This document shows positions 27,677 to 40,374 of a stretch of DNA of 64,000 nucleotides, piece by piece; within the stretch, counting starts at the first letter, position 1; each line of letters starts with the position of its first letter. The stretch covers positions 195,920,001 to 195,984,000 of the forward strand of contig OX597814.1 in NCBI GenBank assembly GCA_951406725.2. The letters run 5' to 3'. A program made the position numbers and the translations under genes. The notes under the pieces are model-generated. The model was given only the letters and a program-made list of their open reading frames with translations, searched no databases and was not told the DNA's origin. The stretch is from Octopus vulgaris. Its lineage: Eukaryota.

Positions 27677-27797
27677 TAAAAGACATCCCAAAAAACTGTT
27701 ACTCAGAGTTTCATGTTCCCGTTCATTGGACAGTTTTGGTTTCTCGACGAAAGGGGAACATTGAACTCTGAGTAACAGATTTTTGTGATGTCCTTAT
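27677..27797. ncRNA. Foldback containing a type I hammerhead motif (27696-27733, minus)
   Basis: CTGT-CCAATGA-ACG GGAA CAT-GAAACTC T GAGTA-ACAG. The second arm has a CGACGA core remnant. Confidence 0.6.
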
Positions 27798-27910
27798 GGT
27801 TTTATTAATACAGCATACTACTCTACCTCCTGTATTCGAGTACAATTTTCTCCACCTTGTTTCGCATTTATGTGCTTACTCTGGTATATATATATCTGGT
27901 CATATTTACC

Positions 27911-28778
27911 TATTTCTTTTCTACCCACAAGGAGCTAAACACAGAGAGTACAAACAAGGACAGACAAGCGGATTAAGTCGATTATATCGACCCCAGTGCA
28001 TAACTGGTCCTTAATTTATCGACCCCGAAAGGATGAAAGGCGAAGTCGACCTCGGCGGAATTTGAACTCAGAACGTAACGGCAGACGAAATACCGCAAAG
28101 CATTTCACCCGGCATGCTAACGGTTCTACCAATTCCCTGTCATGAAACAAACTCATAAATATTCCTTTCTACTCTAGGAACAAGGCCCGAAATTTTGGAT
28201 GAGGGGGCATGTCGATTATACCGACTCCATAATGCTACTGGTAATTAATTTATCGACCCCGAAAGGATTAAAGGCAAAGTCGAACTCGGCAGAATTTGAA
28301 CTCTGAACATAAAGACGGACGAAATACCTATTTCTTTACTACCCACACGGGGCTAAACACAGAGGAGACAAACAAGGACAGACAAATAGATTAAGTCGAT
28401 TATATCGACCCCAGTGCGTAACTGGTACTTAACTTATCGACCCCGAAAGGATAAAAAGCAAAGTCGACCTCGGCGGAATTTGAACTCAGAACGTAACGGC
28501 AGACGAAAAACGGCTACGCATTTCGCCCGGCGTGCTAACGTTTCTTATTTATTTATTGCCCACAAGGGGCTAAATATAGAGGGGACAAACAAGAACAGAC
28601 AAACAGATTAAGTCGATTACATCGACCCCAGTGCGTAACTGGTACTTAATTTATCGACTCCGAAAAGATAAAAAGCAAAATCGACCTCGGCGGGATTTGA
28701 ACTCAGAACATAAAGACGGACGAAAAACCGCCAAGGACTCCCCGCGGCGCGCTAGCGTTTCTGCCAGCTCGCCGCCTT
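27911..28778 (-). mobile_element. Cluster of SINE family C units (monomer plus three-unit chain ending in tail B)
   Basis: Four copies of the core, with the head ending at 28778. Confidence 0.9.
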
Positions 28779-29682
28779 GCAATATTCTCTTTATCATCGC
28801 ATGATTTTCCTCCTGATGCATTCAGCGATCATTGGTATTTTTCAGAATATCTTTAAATTGCTTTGTAAGTTGTCGGTAAATGACAAGTAAATAATTGCAT
28901 CGTATTTTGTTCTTTCTCGGTTTCAGTTCCAAGCTGTAAATCGTTATGAAGATATCATTTTCTTTGCAGCCATAAGCTCATGTTTCATCTCTGCTTTCTA
29001 CATTTTCATTATGTATTACTCTTTTTTTCTGTTGACTGTGGATCATTCTTAGATTAACTTCGCAAAATTAGATATATTCTCAGACGAAATGTGTGTTTAG
29101 CGTAATTTTCCGTATAGAAATTTTCTAAATATGATACACATCCCAATTCTCGCATTTGTTTCACTTACAACAAATACACTAATCTTCAGCTCACGTAACA
29201 ATTTTCTCTGGAACCAAAATAATGTAATAATAAAAGGAACAACAACAAAAGTAAAATCAACAGCAACAACAACAACAACAACAGAAACAAGGACAACAAC
29301 AGTAACAACAATAAAACAATGTAAAACAATTCACAGTTCTCAGCATCTTTAATCAAGTTTTTAACTGCGATGCAGTTCTAATGCATCACTATCTTTGAAA
29401 TAACGCGAAAATAATGCGCATGAAAAATACATAAATCGTCCGAAAGGTAGAATTAATATTGACAAGCTATAAATTATTTAAATTTCCGTTTATATATTCA
29501 ATGCTTATGTTCAACCGTAAAATTTCGTAGGAAACAAATTACTGTGAGTTGATTTACCGTTAGCAGAGAGAAAAACTAACGATTCGGACACTTGTACTTT
29601 ATCGGAAAGAAACGATATGGAGTCTCATACCATGGTCGTCGAAAAGTAGATGTAAAAAGAAGCGATGAAATTATAAGGTATT

Positions 29683-30272
29683 CTTTTCTACTCTAGGCAC
29701 AAGGCCCGAAATATTTGGGGAGGAAGGCAGTCGATTAGATCGATCCCAGTACGAAACTGGTACTTAATTTATCGACCGCGAAAGGATGAAAGGCAAAGTC
29801 GACCTCGGCGGAATTTGAACTCAGAACGTAGCGGCAGACGAAATACCTATTTCTTTACTACCCACAAGGGGCTAAACACAGAGAGGACAAACATGGACAG
29901 ACAAACGGATTAAGTCGATTATATCTACCATAGTGCGTAACTGGTAATTATTTAATCGACCCCGAAAGGATGAAAGGCAAAGTCGACCTCGGCGGAATTT
30001 GAACTCAGAATGTAGCGGCAGACGAAATACCTATTTCTTTACTACCCACAAGGGGCTAAACACAGAGGAGACAAACAAGGACAGACAGACAGACAGACGG
30101 ATTAAGTCGATTACATCGACCCCAGTGCGTAACTGGTACTTCATTTATCGACCCCGAAAGGATGAAAGGCAAAGTCGACCTCGACGGAATTTGAACTCAG
30201 AACGTAACGGCAGACGAAATACCGCAAAGCATTTCGCCCGGCGTGTTAACGTTTCTGACAGCTCGCCGCCTT
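29683..30272 (-). mobile_element. SINE family C trimer
   Basis: Head + A + A + B with ~184-bp period, flanked by a 66-bp direct repeat. Confidence 0.9.
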
Positions 30273-30667
30273 AATGGAGTCTCATAGTATGGTCGTCGAA
30301 AGGTAAATGGAAAAAGAAGCGATGAGGTAATAAGGTATTGTAGTAGCTTTTGGGAGAGCAGGGGTGGGAAAAGCAGTGTGAGTGTTATAGGAGCATGCCA
30401 CTGTAAATATAGTGTAAGGGGATATGTGTTGTGTAGGAGAGGAGCGATGAAAGAGGGAATATAGAAAAGAGATGGAGTAGCAAATGATTCTTGGAAGGGC
30501 GCAGCTGCTTGAAATACGAAGGACGTTGTGAGGGCCAGATGTAGTGAATGAAGTGAAAGATGACAAGGTCATGGAGAAACTAAAACGGATGTGGACACAA
30601 AGTCAATGGATGAGGTGGAAAGAGGAAGGAAAGAGGGCGCGAGAATAATAAATAATTTTGAGGGTTC

Positions 30668-30903
30668 TTTTACTCTTTTACTTGTTTCAGTCATTTGACT
30701 GCGGCCATGCTGGAGCACCGCCTTTAGTCGAGCAAATCGACCCCAGGACTTATTCTTTGTAAGCCTAGTACTTATTCTATCGGTGTCTTTGGCGGAACCA
30801 CTAAGTTACTGGGACGTAAACACACCAGCATCGGTTGTCAAGCGATGTTGGGGGGACAAACACGGACACACAAACATACACACACACACACACACACACA
30901 CGC

Positions 30904-30936
<33 letters not shown>

Positions 30937-31072
30937 TACGACGGGCTTCTTTCAGTTTCCGTCTACCAGATCCACTCACATGGCTTTGGTCGGCCCGAGG
31001 TTATAGTAGAAAACACTTGCCCAAGGTACCACGCAGTGGGACTGAACCCGGAACCATGTGGTTGGTAAGCAG
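30668..31072 (-). mobile_element. SINE family B, 5' truncated
   Basis: Matches the family consensus. Confidence 0.9.
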
Positions 31073-31469
31073 GCTAAAAAAAAAAACCAACGTATATGTC
31101 ATGTTTTATGCCATATATGTGACATTTTCTTCCCAAAACATCTCCAAAAATTCAATTCAAGCGATGTTGGGACTAACGTAAACTTTAATATGCTAAACTG
31201 ATTTTTCATGGGTATGCTTTGTTGAAGTTGGGATGCCCATGTGTCTTTTGTTCCATCAAATACGATACGTATGACAACGTCAGCAAATTCATTAATTCAC
31301 CCGGGAAGGTGTCTGAGCCGATAGAGGAACCGCTGGGTACCATCCATTTGTCTTTGGGCTTAGTTTCAAGGCTTTTGCCTTACGTCCTCAAATCACCCTA
31401 AGCTGCCAGGTTGGTGACGGTGCCTTGTAGGCAACGAAGCGGAATTTGATACAGAATGCAGGCAGCCGG

Positions 31470-31682
31470 AACAAATACCTATTTCTTTACTACCCTCAAG
31501 GGGCTAAACACAGAGCGGACAAACAAGGGCAGACATAGGTATTAAGTCGATTACATCGACCTCAGTGCGTAACTGGTACTTAATTTATCGACCCCGAAAG
31601 GATGAAAGGAAAAGCCGACCTCGGCGGAATTTGAACTCACAACGTAACGCAGACGAAATACCGCTAAGGATTTCGCCCGGCC
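31470..31682 (-). mobile_element. SINE family C unit
   Basis: Core plus tail A. Confidence 0.85.
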
Positions 31683-31886
31683 GTTATTGCTAGAGATCTG
31701 CCGATACACAGCCTGGAATTGCTACATTTTTAGTGAATCTGAATGGATAAAAGGAAATTTTATCGTATTTGAATTTGATGCTCGTGAAGTACCACGACAC
31801 ATTCAGTCTGACGCTCCTATGAATCTATCAATTCGACGTCTTCTCAAGTAAATAGAAAGCAAAAAAAAAAAAAAAATCAAACAATA

Positions 31887-32279
31887 GGCGCAGGAGTGGC
31901 TGTGTGGTAAGTAGCTTGCTTATCAACGACGTGATTCCTTGGGCATGTGTCTTCAACTATCACCTTTGGCCAACCAAAATCTTGATAGTGGATTTGGTAG
32001 ACGTAAATTGAAAGAAGCCAGTCGTATATATACACACATATATATATATATATATATTTCAAAATGTGACCGCGTGTGTACCGTTGGCGATTGCTTTTCC
32101 TCTGTCTTCCCTTCTCTGCATCTTTCCTTCTCCTATGTTTCCGACGAAGAGCTCCGCTCGAAACGTTAAACCCTCCTTCTTTCCTTCTTTCCTGAGCGTC
32201 CAATAATACTATATTTGTTCCACGTCCTCGCGTTGTTGTGTTTTTTTTGTGCTTTCTTGTGTGGATTGGCTATATATAT

Positions 32280-32321
<42 letters not shown>

Positions 32322-32596
32322 CAAAATAGCAGTAAGGATATCCAGAGGTAATGCAGTACAATCGTTTCAAGCAACTCTATTTAATTGAACAATGCAATCA
32401 TTGCATCAATTTAAATGCAGGGCAGTCCTCAACTGCATAAAAAACACAAGATTTAATTAAATTAAAACAGATGGAGACCGATAGAATAAGTACTAGGCTT
32501 ACAAAGAATAAGTTCTGGGGTCGATTTGTCGGACTAAAGACGGTGCTTCAGAATGGCTGCAGTCAAATGACTGAAACAAGTAAAAGAATAAAAGAA
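31887..32596 (+). mobile_element. SINE family B split by pLTR fragments inserted in its internal microsatellite
   Basis: Head at 31887-32025 and tail at 32475-32596, with a hammerhead-bearing insert between them. Confidence 0.75.
32137..32171 (+). ncRNA. Minimal type I hammerhead
   Basis: GTTT-CCGACGA-A-GAGC TCC GCTC-GAAAC-GTT-AAAC: perfect stems I and II, palindromic AACGTT stem III. Confidence 0.75.
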
Positions 32597-32774
32597 TGTC
32601 GACATGCTGATGTGCAGCATCAATAATACTGCATCGTGGTAAGATTACATAAACTTCTTGAATGAAAAGGTGCCTACGTTTTTAAATGCTTATTGCATGC
32701 CACAGTTGAATTGCCGATCGAACTGAAACTCCAATATATCGTGGGCTTATAAATACCATTACTTTAATACATCC

Positions 32775-33190
32775 TTTACTCTTTTACTCTTTTACTTGTT
32801 TCAATCATTTGACTGCGGCCATGCTGGAGCACCGCCTTTAGTCGAGCAACTCGACCCCGGGACTTATTCTTTTTGTAAGCCCAGTACTTATTCTATCGGT
32901 CTCTTTTTGCCGAACCGCTAAGTGACGGGGACGTAAACACACCAGCATCGGTTGTCAAGCAATGCTAGGGGAACAAACACAGACACACAAACACACACAC
33001 ACATACATATATATATATACATATATACGACAGGCTTCTTTCAGTTTCCGTCTACCAAATCCACTCACAAGGCATTGGTCAGCCCGGGGCTATAGCAGAA
33101 GACACTTGCCCAAGATACCACGCAGTGGGACTGAACCCGGAACCATGAGGTAGGTTAGCAAGCTACTTACCACACAGCCACTCCTGCGCC
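32775..33190 (-). mobile_element. SINE family B, full length
   Basis: Matches the consensus, with a (TAAAAGAG)n tail. Confidence 0.9.
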
Positions 33191-33719
33191 TTGTACATAA
33201 TAGTGATTGAATTGGAGAGAGTTCTTTTGGAACTCACCAATAACTTCTAATTTATGTCCGTGGTCGGCAATTTTAAGGGGAGGGCCTTTGCTGAAATCTA
33301 TTCCCCTGAAAGTGGTTACAGATTGATCCCTAATGGTACTCAATACTTCTCCACGTCTTTATAGCTTTTACTTCCCTCGACGTTTCACCCATCGCTAAAC
33401 ATCCTGACCTCTCTTCTGAAAGGGAATCAATATGCGCTACTAGCATTCTTCTAATGAATCTTTTTCAAGCTTCGTTAATAAATCCAACACGCGTGAATGG
33501 CTTGCTTTAGATTCACTTTAGATTCGATGATACAAGCTCTTTATCCCACTGTGTATAGAAACGACACGTGATTTTTCAATCTACAATCATGACAGATAAT
33601 CTGTTTCTCACTGTTTGTTAGACTATATCCAGTCGATTTCAGGATTGTGAGCTTTTGTCGTATTTCACTACTGTTGTTTCTTGGAACAATGGGTTATATT
33701 AGTTTGTGGTATCTATATA

Positions 33720-33882
33720 GGCGTAGGAGTGGCTGTGTGGTAAGTAGCTTGCTTATCAGCCACATGGTTCTGGGTTCAGACCCACTGCGTAGCACCTTGG
33801 GCAAGTGTCTTCTAATATAGCCTCAGGCTGACCAAAGCCTTGTGAGTGGATTTGGTAGATGGAAACTGAAAGAAGCTCGTCG

Positions 33883-33931
<49 letters not shown>

Positions 33932-34146
33932 ATATGTATGTGTGTGTGTTTGTTTGTCTGTGTTTGTCCCACCAACATCGCTTGACAAACGACGCTGGTG
34001 TGTTTACGTCCCCGTAACTTAGTGGTTCGGCAAAAGAGACCGATAGAATAAGTACTAGGCTTACAAAAAATAAGTCCTGGGGTCGATTTGCTCGACTAAA
34101 GGCGGTGCTCCAGCATGGCCACAGTCAAATGACTGAAACAAGTAAA
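33720..34146 (+). mobile_element. SINE family B, full length
   Basis: Matches the consensus. Confidence 0.9.
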
Positions 34147-34437
34147 ATAGTATATAAAAGGTTGAGCTGTTGACAGTTACGTGCCTCGATTATAGAGCAG
34201 CCCAGTGTAACGATAGGATACGATGACCCAGACATTGAAATCGTAAATCGAGTAGAAATCCAATGCATTTCTGCCTTAGAGTCACCGGAATTTTCTTTTT
34301 ACTGATCTTTCTCAGTATTGCGGCCTCTTCGTGAAATCAGGGTTCTCATCTCGGTCTACGTATCAATACCGTTGCGTTAATCTCTCTTTGGATGCCCTCT
34401 TTTAATTTTCCTTTCAATCGTTACAAACGTAGTTGTA

Positions 34438-35005
34438 TTGGGTTGTCCGGAAAGTTCGTGCCGATTATTAAAGGAAAGAAAAAGGTTAACAAATACTTGC
34501 CATTACATTTTTAATCAACCAAATATGAACCATTTTGTTGCACAATGCGTCTCCATCTTTCCTTTAACTCGAAAATATTCTCTTCCTAGAATTGAGGTGG
34601 TTTCATAGCAAAGAATTCATCAAGGTATCTTTTTATGTCAACCAAGGAATTGAAATTTTTACCATTAAGACTATTCTGCAGAGACCTGAATAAGTGGAAA
34701 TCCGAAGGCGCAATATCTGGTGAATATGGAGGGTGGGGTAACAAATCCCAGCCGAGCTGCAGCAATTTTTGTCGGGTTCCCAAAGCATGAAGTGTCGAAA
34801 GTGAACTTTCTTATCTTCCATTTTAAAAGGTTACAGAATTAACTCAGGTTATAGGAACATAAATCTTCTTCCACGAAAAGATAGCTTAAACTGTGCTCTA
34901 AATGGAGGTGTAGTCAAAAATCCTATTTTATGGACTCAACCATGTTCTAAAATAAGTCGAAACATAAGCTACTATAAATTGGCACGAACTTTCCGAACAA
35001 CCCAA
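34438..35005 (-). mobile_element. Internally deleted mariner transposon
   Basis: ~29-bp TIR TTGGGTTGTCCGGAAAGTTCGTGCC, TA TSD. N-terminus MEDKKVHFRH is fused to the C-terminus LPHPPYSPDIAPSDFHLFRSLQN. Confidence 0.95.
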
Positions 35006-35203
35006 TATTGACAAGTAGTCAAGTTATTTTACTGATGTGACCGAATCCCTGCATGCATTTTTCTTCGTTTTGTTATGTGTAAGAGTCACTCCCCATTGTC
35101 ATCCAACGCATAAAACTTTTCCAGAACTATTTGGTCCATTGTTCCTTCTACATTATGCCAACCAACTCTGCTGAAGCATTTTATTCCGAATGCTAACAAT
35201 ATT

Positions 35204-35374
35204 ATTTACATTATTTACATTCCCCGGATATTTGTCCTCATTTTGTTTCTTGCTCACACAACGTTTCGGCTGATATACCCTCCAGACTTCTTCAGATGTC
35301 TCTAGTGGTTAAGAACGCGGGCTACTAACCCCAAGATTCCGAGTTCGATTCCAAGCAGTGACCTGAACATTAAA

Positions 35375-35445
<71 letters not shown>

Positions 35446-35636
35446 TAACATCGAAAAATACCTTAGGAACGAGAACCCAGCTTCGAAATTTCCCCAAGAC
35501 ACCTGAAGAAGGCTGGAGGGTATGTCAGCCGAAATATTGTGTTCACAACAAACACGTTGAGGACAAATATCAGTCGAATGTAAATAATGTAAATAATGTA
35601 CATAATTCCTCATCTCTTTAATATAGAACTGTATTA
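35204..35636 (+). mobile_element. tRNA-headed, hammerhead-tailed retroelement with inverted 5' copy of the tail
   Basis: 12-bp TSD GCTAACAATATT at 35192-35203 and 35637-35648. tRNA-like segment 35302-35362, (AAT)n, HHR 35498-35543, inverted tail 35204-35301. Confidence 0.8.
35498..35543 (+). ncRNA. Type I hammerhead ribozyme motif
   Basis: GACAC-CTGAAGA-A-GGCTG(loop)CAGCC-GAAAT-ATT-GTGTT. The inverted copy at 35255-35300 reads GAAAC-GTT. Confidence 0.8.
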
Positions 35637-35664
35637 GCTAACAATATTGTTTCAAATTTTATAC

Positions 35665-35822
35665 GGCGAACTGGTAGAATCGTTTGCACGCCGGGAAAAA
35701 TGCTTAGAGGTGTTTCGTCTATATTTACGCTGTTTCGGGTTCGATAAAATAAGTACCAGTTAAGCACTGGGGGTCGATGTAATCAACTTGCCTCCCCTCC
35801 CGAAATTGCTAGCCTTGTGCCC
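35665..35822 (+). mobile_element. Old SINE family C (tail B), deleted
   Basis: Diverged head, core and tail. Similar old copies at 40053-40265(+) and 47885-48002(-). Confidence 0.7.
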
Positions 35823-36328
35823 AGGATCGTCTCAAATTTTATTTTAGCACGTCCACTTCTCACATCGATGCAGCCAATTACAATTATCATAGATTTGTAT
35901 TAGCCTTAGTTTGTCGCTCGTTGTTGTTCCGTATCTTCCCTAATTGTGCCGAGTGATATTGCAATTCGCCTCTATCTCGGATTCACGTTACAATTTCGTT
36001 GATTTGAGGACCCAAATAAGGGAATGTATTCCCTGATATCAGCTGAATGTCATTGATTCAGGTGACATCAATGCTGGTGCTATTTATATTTCTTTGTTCT
36101 CCATCTTCTCCTTTCACTAACACCCTACTCTCATCTCAGTTGATTTTCATACCGTTTTTATTTGAAGCAATATCTAGTCTTATCATGATATAAGATAATT
36201 GGCCTTTAGATTCGGTTAACAAATCATCTGCTTATTGTAGATAGGTTATAACTCTTCTGGCAAGCTTCACACTGCGCATTCAAAATCCTCAAGACCTCTT
36301 TTCATAATTTATTCAACAGGGAAAGAAA

Positions 36329-36714
36329 GGAAGCACTCCGTCGGTTACGACGATGAGGGTTCCGGTTGATCCGAATCAACGGAACAGCCTGCTCGTGAAA
36401 TTAACGTGTAAGTGGCTGAGCACTCCACAGACATGTACACCCTTAACGCAGTTCTCGGGGATATTCAGCGTGACACAGAGAGTGCCAAGGCCGGCCCCTT
36501 GAAATACAGGTACAACAGAAACAGGAAGTAAGAGTGAGAGAAGGTTGTGGTGAAAGAGTACAGCAGGGATCACCACCATCCCCTGCCGGAGCTTCGTGGA
36601 GCTTTTTTTTGGTGTTTTCGCTCAATAAACACTCACAACGCCCAGTCTGGGAATCGAAACCGCGATTCTATGACCGCGAGTCCGCTTCCCTAACCACTGG
36701 GCCATTGCGCCTCC
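36329..36714 (-). mobile_element. SINE family A, full length
   Basis: Near-identical to 926-1311. Confidence 0.9.
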
Positions 36715-36875
36715 ACTTTAATAAACGACTTGTTTCGAACCATTATATTATTATATTGTTGTTTAGAATTCCACACGTATTTTTCTTATGTAATTAACCC
36801 AGTATTCCGATAAGTTTTTTTTAGTGCCTTTAGCGGGGGCCACAGTGTTGGGAACCATCAAAACCAGGTCTCTGG

Positions 36876-37107
36876 TTTTACTCTTTTACTTGTTTCAGCC
36901 ATTTGACTGCGGCCATGCTGGAGCACCACCTTTTGTCGAGCAAATCTACCCCGGGACTTATTCTTTGTAAGCCTAGTACTTATTCTATCGGTTTGTTTTG
37001 CCGAACCGCTAAGTTACGGGGACATAAACACACCAGCATCGGTTGTCAAGCAATGCTAGGGGAACGAACACAGAAACACAAACACACACACACAAACACA
37101 CACACAA

Positions 37108-37184
<77 letters not shown>

Positions 37185-37350
37185 TATATACTGTACCACG
37201 GGCTTCTTTCAGTTTCAGTTTACCCAATCCACTCACAAGGCCGTGGTCGGCCCGAGGCTATAGTAGAAGACACTTGTCCAAGATGCCACGCAGTGGGACT
37301 GAACCCGGTACCATGTTGTTGGTAAGCAACCTACTTATCATACAGCCAAT
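36876..37350 (-). mobile_element. SINE family B
   Basis: Matches the consensus, with an expanded internal (TA)(TG) tract. Confidence 0.9.
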
Positions 37351-38599
37351 CCTCTCTGTTCCGATCAGCTTTTGAGGCCTTGAAAACTATCATGAACACT
37401 GTCTTCTCTCTTGAAGAAGAAACAAATGAGTTGTTAATGGTGCATATCAACATGCTACCCTGCAATACTTCTCTCCGTACCCCCCAAAAAGGGTTACAGT
37501 AACTTCAACAAATGTATGATAGCTTTCGATGGTCTCTACAATTTTACGGCAATCATTTCCACATCCTATATCTGTTTAACTGTCACCCATTTGGAACCCT
37601 GTTTGCTCTGCACATTTTCCCCTTTTCGAATGCTGTTTTTCATGGTTCATTTGTACTTTAGGTATTTATATTGATTCAGTGACTTATTAAACTGTTAGTA
37701 AAGCAAAAGCTATATTTATGCAAATGTTTCACCGTGAAATTATCGATTCAGTTATCTGCTGTGTTTATAGTTACACACTTACGATCAAGTGTGGAATGGA
37801 GGCATCAAATATACGTTTGTTTTGCTTTTAATTATAAGCATATGCGTAGTATGTTACACTTTATTCCCAGGAGAAATGTAAACATTATTTTATGTTTTAG
37901 CTGCTAGAGGTAATGTTAATTATCCTATCCTCAAGAACATTTCCAGTTTTGTAGTAAAAAATAAATTATAACGAAACATAATAAAAAAAAATTAAATAAA
38001 ACACTATCAAATAACTGTGTTATAAAAAATTAATGGAAACTCTTATCGGAAATAATTCATTGTAATTCATCGATTAATTAATTTTTTATTTTGTTTTAGT
38101 ATTTTATTATTATTATTTTTTTTATTTTTCAAAATTTTCTTTAGTTTATTTTTTTTTCCTTTGAACCATTGAAAATAAAGAAAAAAAGGTAATATTCAAT
38201 GTTTTTGCTGGACAAATTTGTAATATCTGGTGTAACATGCAATTGAAGAGACGTGATAACTTTGATAATAATTGATAGCTTCTTGCTAGACAAATAATCT
38301 TGATCGATATCACAGTCTTTAAGGAATCAATAGTTAACATTTAAAAATCATTTTACCCTTTCCCTACCCCCCCTCGTGCTACATCTCTTATATTCTGCTT
38401 CCGTCTCTCTCGCTCTCTTTCTTTTTCTTTCTCATTAAAGAAAAAAACATTATTCAAGAGTCAGAAGGGAAAGAAAAAATCAAGAAGTGAATGTAATGAG
38501 ACAGAAACCAAAGAGGACACGTAGACAATAGAAAAAAGATTTGTTATAGGTATAAACATGAATAGATGGTGCTTATGTAACATAGTAAGTAATATAACA

Positions 38600-39028
38600 T
38601 AACGCACTTGAAACGGCCTCAGATTTAAACACCGGTGCGTAATATATTTATAATCAATTTTAAACACCACACATTTTCTACGGAGTTCAAAGATAGTATT
38701 GAAAATTTGCATTATGTAGCTTGTTATTCTCTTTAAGTGAACATTTTTCTGGTTGAAATATACCGAAAAGTGCTGACACAGCAGTAAAAAAATCGGAAAA
38801 AATCGGGATTTTCATAGAAGAAAAACACCTTTTTGATGTAAATAATTGTTGGTGTTAACATGGTCCGATTTAAATTTTTACTTCTACGGAATGAAGAGCA
38901 AGCCTTCTTCTATCATGCTCTCAATTTTGGTCAATTTGCGCCGCAGGGTCTCGGAGGAGATAGTGTTAGTTGAAGGCAGCCAATCCTGCCACACACACAC
39001 AGACAACTTCAGTTTTATATATATAGAT
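38600..39028 (+). mobile_element. Non-autonomous Helitron/Helentron-like end (tentative)
   Basis: Ends in (CA)n-CAGACAACTTCAGTTTTATATATATAGAT, a DINE/Lep1-like terminus. Left boundary uncertain. Confidence 0.4.
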
Positions 39029-40374
39029 TTGTCGGGATAAAGTTAAACATCAGAACACCGCACTGCTAGCACAACAGTAAGCACAGTATTGACTTGTAAA
39101 CATTTATTATACCACGTGATATATTATGGTTGCAAAACGAAATGCTCTGTCCGTGTAACAGTTAATATATTTATAATATGTCGAACCACCTTTGTATGCT
39201 CCTATTCAATATTATACACATTGGTATTTTAATCTAAGGCTGTTTCATCTGTTTTGAGTGCGTATATTTATTTAATTCTGGCTTGGTTAGTTTTCTGATA
39301 AATCAGTAAATGTTTCGTTTATCGATTTCTATATCGGGACAAGCATTTTCGGCTTAACTCAGAATGTCCGGCGTATTCGTCGCTGACGAAGCCAAATCAG
39401 GTTGAGACCGTGTTGGTAATCCTCCAGCATTCTGAGCAAAGCTCTGTATTTTTAACGCACGAGTCACTTTGATTAGTTTCTCTGTGACAAAATATTAGAG
39501 TTAATGCTGTTTCACGTTTGTATACAGATAGTATACGGTTCAAAATTGTACGAAAATCAAAAGACAGAGACAGGTGAGGGAACAAAAGACAAAGTATATT
39601 AGTTTGACGCTAAGAAATGGAAGAGTCTTTGACGTTTCGAGCCTACGCACATCTGCAAAAAGAATTGAGGAAACGAAACAGGTGAAAAGAAAAAGGAGGA
39701 GAGAAAACGACGTGTCTAGATTAACGCTTGCACATTATATATTTCATATACACAAGTATTTTAATAGTGAGTCATAAAATTTTGATCATTCGATATTATC
39801 CGAATAGCCGATAAGAAGAAAACTTAATCCAGAGCCGTTTTAATCTAGACATAAAACGCAACAGAGACACAAGTTTATTAAAATCAGCCAGTCGAGATTT
39901 TGTGACACGTTAGACACTACATACCAGAGTGGAAATTGTGTATAAAGCCAGCTAATGAACGCTACGGATACATTTATGAATAACTACACCGTCTTTAGTA
40001 AAGCTTATTTCACTCAACAAGATTAAGAATGATCAATATCTACATACAAAGAAAGGCGGCGAGCTGGCAGAAACGTTAGCACGCCGGCCGAAATACTTAG
40101 CGGTACTTCTTTTTGGTTCTGATGCTCTGAATTCAAATTCCGGTGTGATTGGGTTTGATTTCAAGCTTTCGGGGTCGATAAAATAAGTATCCATCGAGCA
40201 CTGGGAACGATGTAATCGACTTAACTCCAGCCCCGAATTTGTTGGCCTTGTGACAAAATCTGAAACGAATTTCTGTGTACAAACATCATTGTATTGATTG
40301 GCATCGTAGTAGTGCTGGTGACTGCGACATTGCTGGTGATGCTGACAAAAAACAAATGGTTATATATATATATA

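Noticed and set aside
27911-30272. Regular repeats as a CRISPR array
   Set aside because: The units are ~184-bp SINE bodies without unique spacers, the context is eukaryotic, and there are no cas genes.
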